Assembly: GCA_963792965.1 (NCBI GenBank)
Contig: CAWBYW010000016.1
Span: forward strand, 115,925-179,924
Length of the DNA: 64,000 nucleotides
Direction: 5' to 3'
DNA from: an uncultured delta proteobacterium
GTDB taxonomy: Bacteria; Desulfobacterota; Zymogenia; Zymogenales; Zymogenaceae
Shown here: piece after piece, positions 61,214 through 64,000 of the stretch
Numbering within the stretch: position 1 is the stretch's first letter
How the letters are laid out: each line of letters begins with the position of its first letter
Notes under the pieces: model-generated
What the model was told of the DNA's origin: nothing
The model's input: only the letters and a program-made list of their open reading frames with translations
The model's database searches: none
Translations under genes and position numbers: made by a program

Positions 61214-61931
61214 TGATCTCTCCGAGGAGCTCCTTCTGTTTTGCGATGAGCCGCGCGATCCCGTCCCGGGCAAGCTCCATCATCATATCGAGGGTCTTCT
61301 GATCAAACGGGTGGTTTTCCGCGGTGCCCTGGACCTCCACGAAGAGGCCGGATCCCGTGATGACGAAGTTCATATCGACCTCGGCGGCGGAATCCTCCTT
61401 GTAGTCGAGGTCCAGGAGTATCTTTCCGTCCACCACCCCCGCGCTGATTGCCGCGATATAGTCCCTGATCGGGAACCGGGAGATCTGCCCCGACTTCTTC
61501 AGCTTCAACAGCGCGTATGCCAGCGCCACGAAACCGCCCGTGATGGAGGCCGTCCTTGTGCCGCCGTCGGCGCAGATGACGTCGCAGTCGATCCAGATCG
61601 TCTTTTCGCTCAGGGCCGACAGATCGACCACCGCCCTGAGCGCCCTGCCGATGAGCCGCTGGATCTCAAGGGTGCGGCCCCCCGCCCGCCCCTGGGTGAC
61701 CTCGCGGGTCATCCGGGTTTCGGTCGAGCGGGGCAGCATCCCGTACTCCGCCGTCACCCACCCGTCCCCGGTGCCCTTGAGAAAGTTCGGCACCCGATCC
61801 TCCACGGAGGCGGTGACGACCACCCGGGTGAGCCCCATCTCGATGAGGACGCTCCCTTCCGCGTAGGGGATATAGTTGGGCGTAATGACAACGGGACGTA
61901 TGGCGTTAAGCTGCCTCCCGTTTCTCCTCAT
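61200..61931 (-). CDS. rph: ribonuclease PH
   Basis: [14 protein letters not shown]..., [19 protein letters not shown] and [18 protein letters not shown] motifs. 243 aa from the internal ATG of ORF 61200..62270. Confidence 0.9.
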   Translation of the reverse strand: MRRNGRQLNAIRPVVITPNYIPYAEGSVLIEMGLTRVVVTASVEDRVPNFLKGTGDGWVTAEYGMLPRSTETRMTREVTQGRAGGRTLEIQRLIGRALRAVVDLSALSEKTIWIDCDVICADGGTRTASITGGFVALAYALLKLKKSGQISRFPIRDYIAAISAGVVDGKILLDLDYKEDSAAEVDMNFVITGSGLFVEVQGTAENHPFDQKTLDMMMELARDGIARLIAKQKELLGEIIERS

Positions 61932-62472
61932 CCAGTCTACCTGCTTCGCATTCTTGTATGGTTTCAAGGCCCACCCTGTATACGTGAGGGTACGAATCAT
62001 ACTGGTTTCGCCTCTGCCTGTCAAGGGATAACGACCCTCCCGCCCAACGCTCGCGACGTGCCGCCGGAATACAGGAATATGAAGGAAAACAGGAATGGCG
62101 GGGAAAGCCGCTGCCGCACACAACCGACCGCATGCAACGGTACGGAAGATGACCTGCATCAGTGGAACAAAAGTGCAAGTTATTTTGCATCCTGGCAACA
62201 TCTCGTTATCATTAGAAATATCGGTATCTGTTCCTGACAGGATAAACTCGATGAAACACCGTTGAAACATGCATGCAACGCCTCAGAAACCGCGTTAAGA
62301 TGCTGTGCGATAACCTGCTGTAATCATTATAGTATTTGGCCACGGACATCGGGTGGATCGTGCCCGCATATAGGCATGGATATTGCTTAATATATGGCCA
62401 GACACATACGGTTTGGTATATGAGATCTCCGGCAACCGTGTGTATTCATGCAACGAGAGAAAGGAGGAGAGA

Positions 62473-63168
62473 ATGAATAAGAAAAGACTGATGGTGCTTG
62501 ATAACGATTCCCAATTCGTCGGCTCTCTCAACACCGCGTTGGGCAAGACCTATGACGTGCTGTGGGTCAAGGAAGTCGCCGCCGCCGTCCAGACCATTCA
62601 TTCATGCGAGGCGGACGTCATCCTCGTCAACTTCGCCGTCGGCGTCGAGGGGGGGTTCTCCGTAATCCGGGAGGCAAAGAAGTGGGCGATCCCATCGGTC
62701 GTCGTCACCCATCTCTCGACGGAGGAGATGGCCATCGAGGCCCTCAACTCCGGCGTCTCGTATTATATCAAGAAGCCGGTCCTTCTGGAGGACCTGGCAA
62801 AAGCCGTCAACCGGGTCGCGGGCATCCCGAGCGCCGATATGGATACCATCGAGCGCGTGAGATTCTTCATCGTAGAAAATTACATGAAAGACATCTCGGT
62901 CAACGACCTTTCGGACTCGGTCGGCATCAGGCGGCAGAAGATCTTCTACCACTTCAAGAAGCGGTACGGCAAGGGGATCAAGTCATATCTGCGCGACATC
63001 AGGATGCAGAAGGCGCAGGAGTTGCTGGAGACCACCGACCTTGCGATCTACCGTATCGCCAAGGCCGTCGGATATAATCACTTCGGCTATTTTTGTCGGG
63101 AATTCAAGCGCCTCTACCACCTGACCCCCAAAGAGATCAGGAGGGGCCGCTACCAGCAGGCCAGCTGA
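62473..63168 (+). CDS. receiver-like domain plus AraC-type HTH transcriptional regulator
   Basis: ATG at 62473 after AAGGAGGA. N-terminal CheY-like fold (MVLDND...VILVNF...YIKKP) and a C-terminal HTH_18 pattern (IAKAVGYNHFGYFCREFKRLYHLTPKEIR). Confidence 0.7.
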   Translation: MNKKRLMVLDNDSQFVGSLNTALGKTYDVLWVKEVAAAVQTIHSCEADVILVNFAVGVEGGFSVIREAKKWAIPSVVVTHLSTEEMAIEALNSGVSYYIKKPVLLEDLAKAVNRVAGIPSADMDTIERVRFFIVENYMKDISVNDLSDSVGIRRQKIFYHFKKRYGKGIKSYLRDIRMQKAQELLETTDLAIYRIAKAVGYNHFGYFCREFKRLYHLTPKEIRRGRYQQAS

Positions 63169-63295
63169 TTCTTACTTGCTCAAGGCGCATGCCGGCTCCA
63201 GGGAGGGAAGGGGCCGTTGCCGGTGATCCGGGGAGAGGAGGATGACGCCGATCTTTCCGGCGCCGGGGACGTGAATAGAGGGGAGGACCGAGCCG

Positions 63296-64000
63296 TTATC
63301 CGTCCTGCTTCTGCCATTCATCGAGGCGGCAGCAGGAAACGCGGTGCCCTTTCTCCACTTCGACCATGGGCGGGACGAACTCGCAGCACGACGGGTCGTC
63401 CACCGGGCAGCGGGTATGAAACCGGCATCCCGGCGGCGGTGATATGGCCGACGGGATCTCTCCCCTCGGGATGGCGTGGGCCCTGCGCATCTTCGGGTCC
63501 GGCACCGGAACCGCAGACAGGAGGGCCCGTGTATAGGGATGCATCGGGTTGTGAAAAACCTGGTCCACCGTGCCGATCTCCACGATGATTCCGAGATACA
63601 TGATCGCGATCCGGTCGCAGATATATTTCGCGGTCGCAAGGTCGTGGGTCACAAAGAGGTAGGTGAGCGATAGATCTTCTTTCAGCTCTCGCATCATCTC
63701 GAGGATCAGCGCCCGCACCGAAACGTCCGCCATGGCGATCGGCTCGTCGGCCACCACCAGCTTGGGGGAAAGGACGAGTGCCCGCGCAAGGACCACCCTC
63801 TGCTTTTGCCCCCCCGAGAGGAGATGGGGATAGCGCTTGTAGATGTCGTTCACGGGGGTGAGCGCCACCCGCCTCATGACTTCCTTGACCCGCTCTTCCC
63901 GTTCTTTCTTATTTCCGATTTTCTGAATCACGAGAGAATAGCCGATATTATCGCCGACCGTCATGCGGGGGTTCAGCGACGCATGCGGGTCCTGAAACAC
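63296..64000 (-). CDS. oligopeptide/dipeptide ABC transporter ATP-binding protein (OppF/DppF-like), 5' end outside the window
   Basis: LSGGQKQRV signature, Walker B VVADEPIAMADVS, H-loop FVTHDL, and the Cys-containing oligopeptide C-terminal extension (HPYTRALLSAVP...PPGCRFHTRCP). Confidence 0.8.
   Translation of the reverse strand: MFQDPHASLNPRMTVGDNIGYSLVIQKIGNKKEREERVKEVMRRVALTPVNDIYKRYPHLLSGGQKQRVVLARALVLSPKLVVADEPIAMADVSVRALILEMMRELKEDLSLTYLFVTHDLATAKYICDRIAIMYLGIIVEIGTVDQVFHNPMHPYTRALLSAVPVPDPKMRRAHAIPRGEIPSAISPPPGCRFHTRCPVDDPSCCEFVPPMVEVEKGHRVSCCRLDEWQKQDG

Noticed and set aside
63172-63639. 155-aa minus-strand ORF overlapping the 3' end of the Opp/Dpp ATPase gene.
   Set aside because: It is an out-of-frame overlap with a gene whose own frame runs intact to a conserved C-terminus ending at 63296. 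The product is Arg/Ser/Pro-rich.
1-64000. CRISPR arrays, rRNA or tRNA genes, IS elements, prophage or integrase genes.
   Set aside because: No regularly spaced direct repeats, no tRNA-like T-loop and acceptor combinations, and no transposase- or integrase-like ORFs were seen on either strand. The only repeat families found are those around 4.4-5.0 kb and the TPR coding repeats.

Overview
GC-rich bacterial chromosomal window with about 55 protein genes, mostly in long minus-strand operons. I found no rRNA, tRNA, CRISPR array, transposase or integrase. Content from left to right: an MmgE/PrpD and nucleoside-salvage block (two MtaD-type deaminases, a purine nucleoside phosphorylase, a cupin); an AT-rich DUF3795 gene bracketed by palindromic repeats; a TPR-CHAT plus giant secreted TPR pair; an ABC uptake system; radA; two very large multi-PAS histidine kinases with a CheY-like regulator; RDD protein, rsmE and a CHASE2 cyclase; a GT39-like glycosyltransferase; an alpha-2-macroglobulin (A2M) cluster; an EcfA-type ATPase; selA; a PfkB kinase; an APH/P-loop kinase; an HDAC-family protein; a MEMO-family protein; a beta-CASP RNase; Fe-S proteins; an MFS transporter; rph and rdgB; an AraC-type regulator; and a partial Opp/Dpp ATPase. 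The most interesting signal is in the ~1550-codon A2M gene. It is interrupted by a single in-frame TGA exactly where the family has the Cys of the CxEQ thioester motif (GYPYG-TGA-NEQ). A SECIS-like hairpin follows 12 nt downstream, and selA lies about 8 kb upstream on the same strand, so this is a candidate selenocysteine ('selenoester') A2M. The second main observation is roughly three dozen single-base frameshifts. Most of the sites I resolved sit in short homopolymers. They are strongly clustered: selA, both kinases and the 43-49 kb stretch are hit repeatedly, while the ~9 kb from 33.2 to 42.0 kb, which contains the A2M gene, has none. They are either assembly indels or real gene decay, and this bears directly on the selenocysteine hypothesis. 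All family names come from motif recognition by eye; no database search was run.
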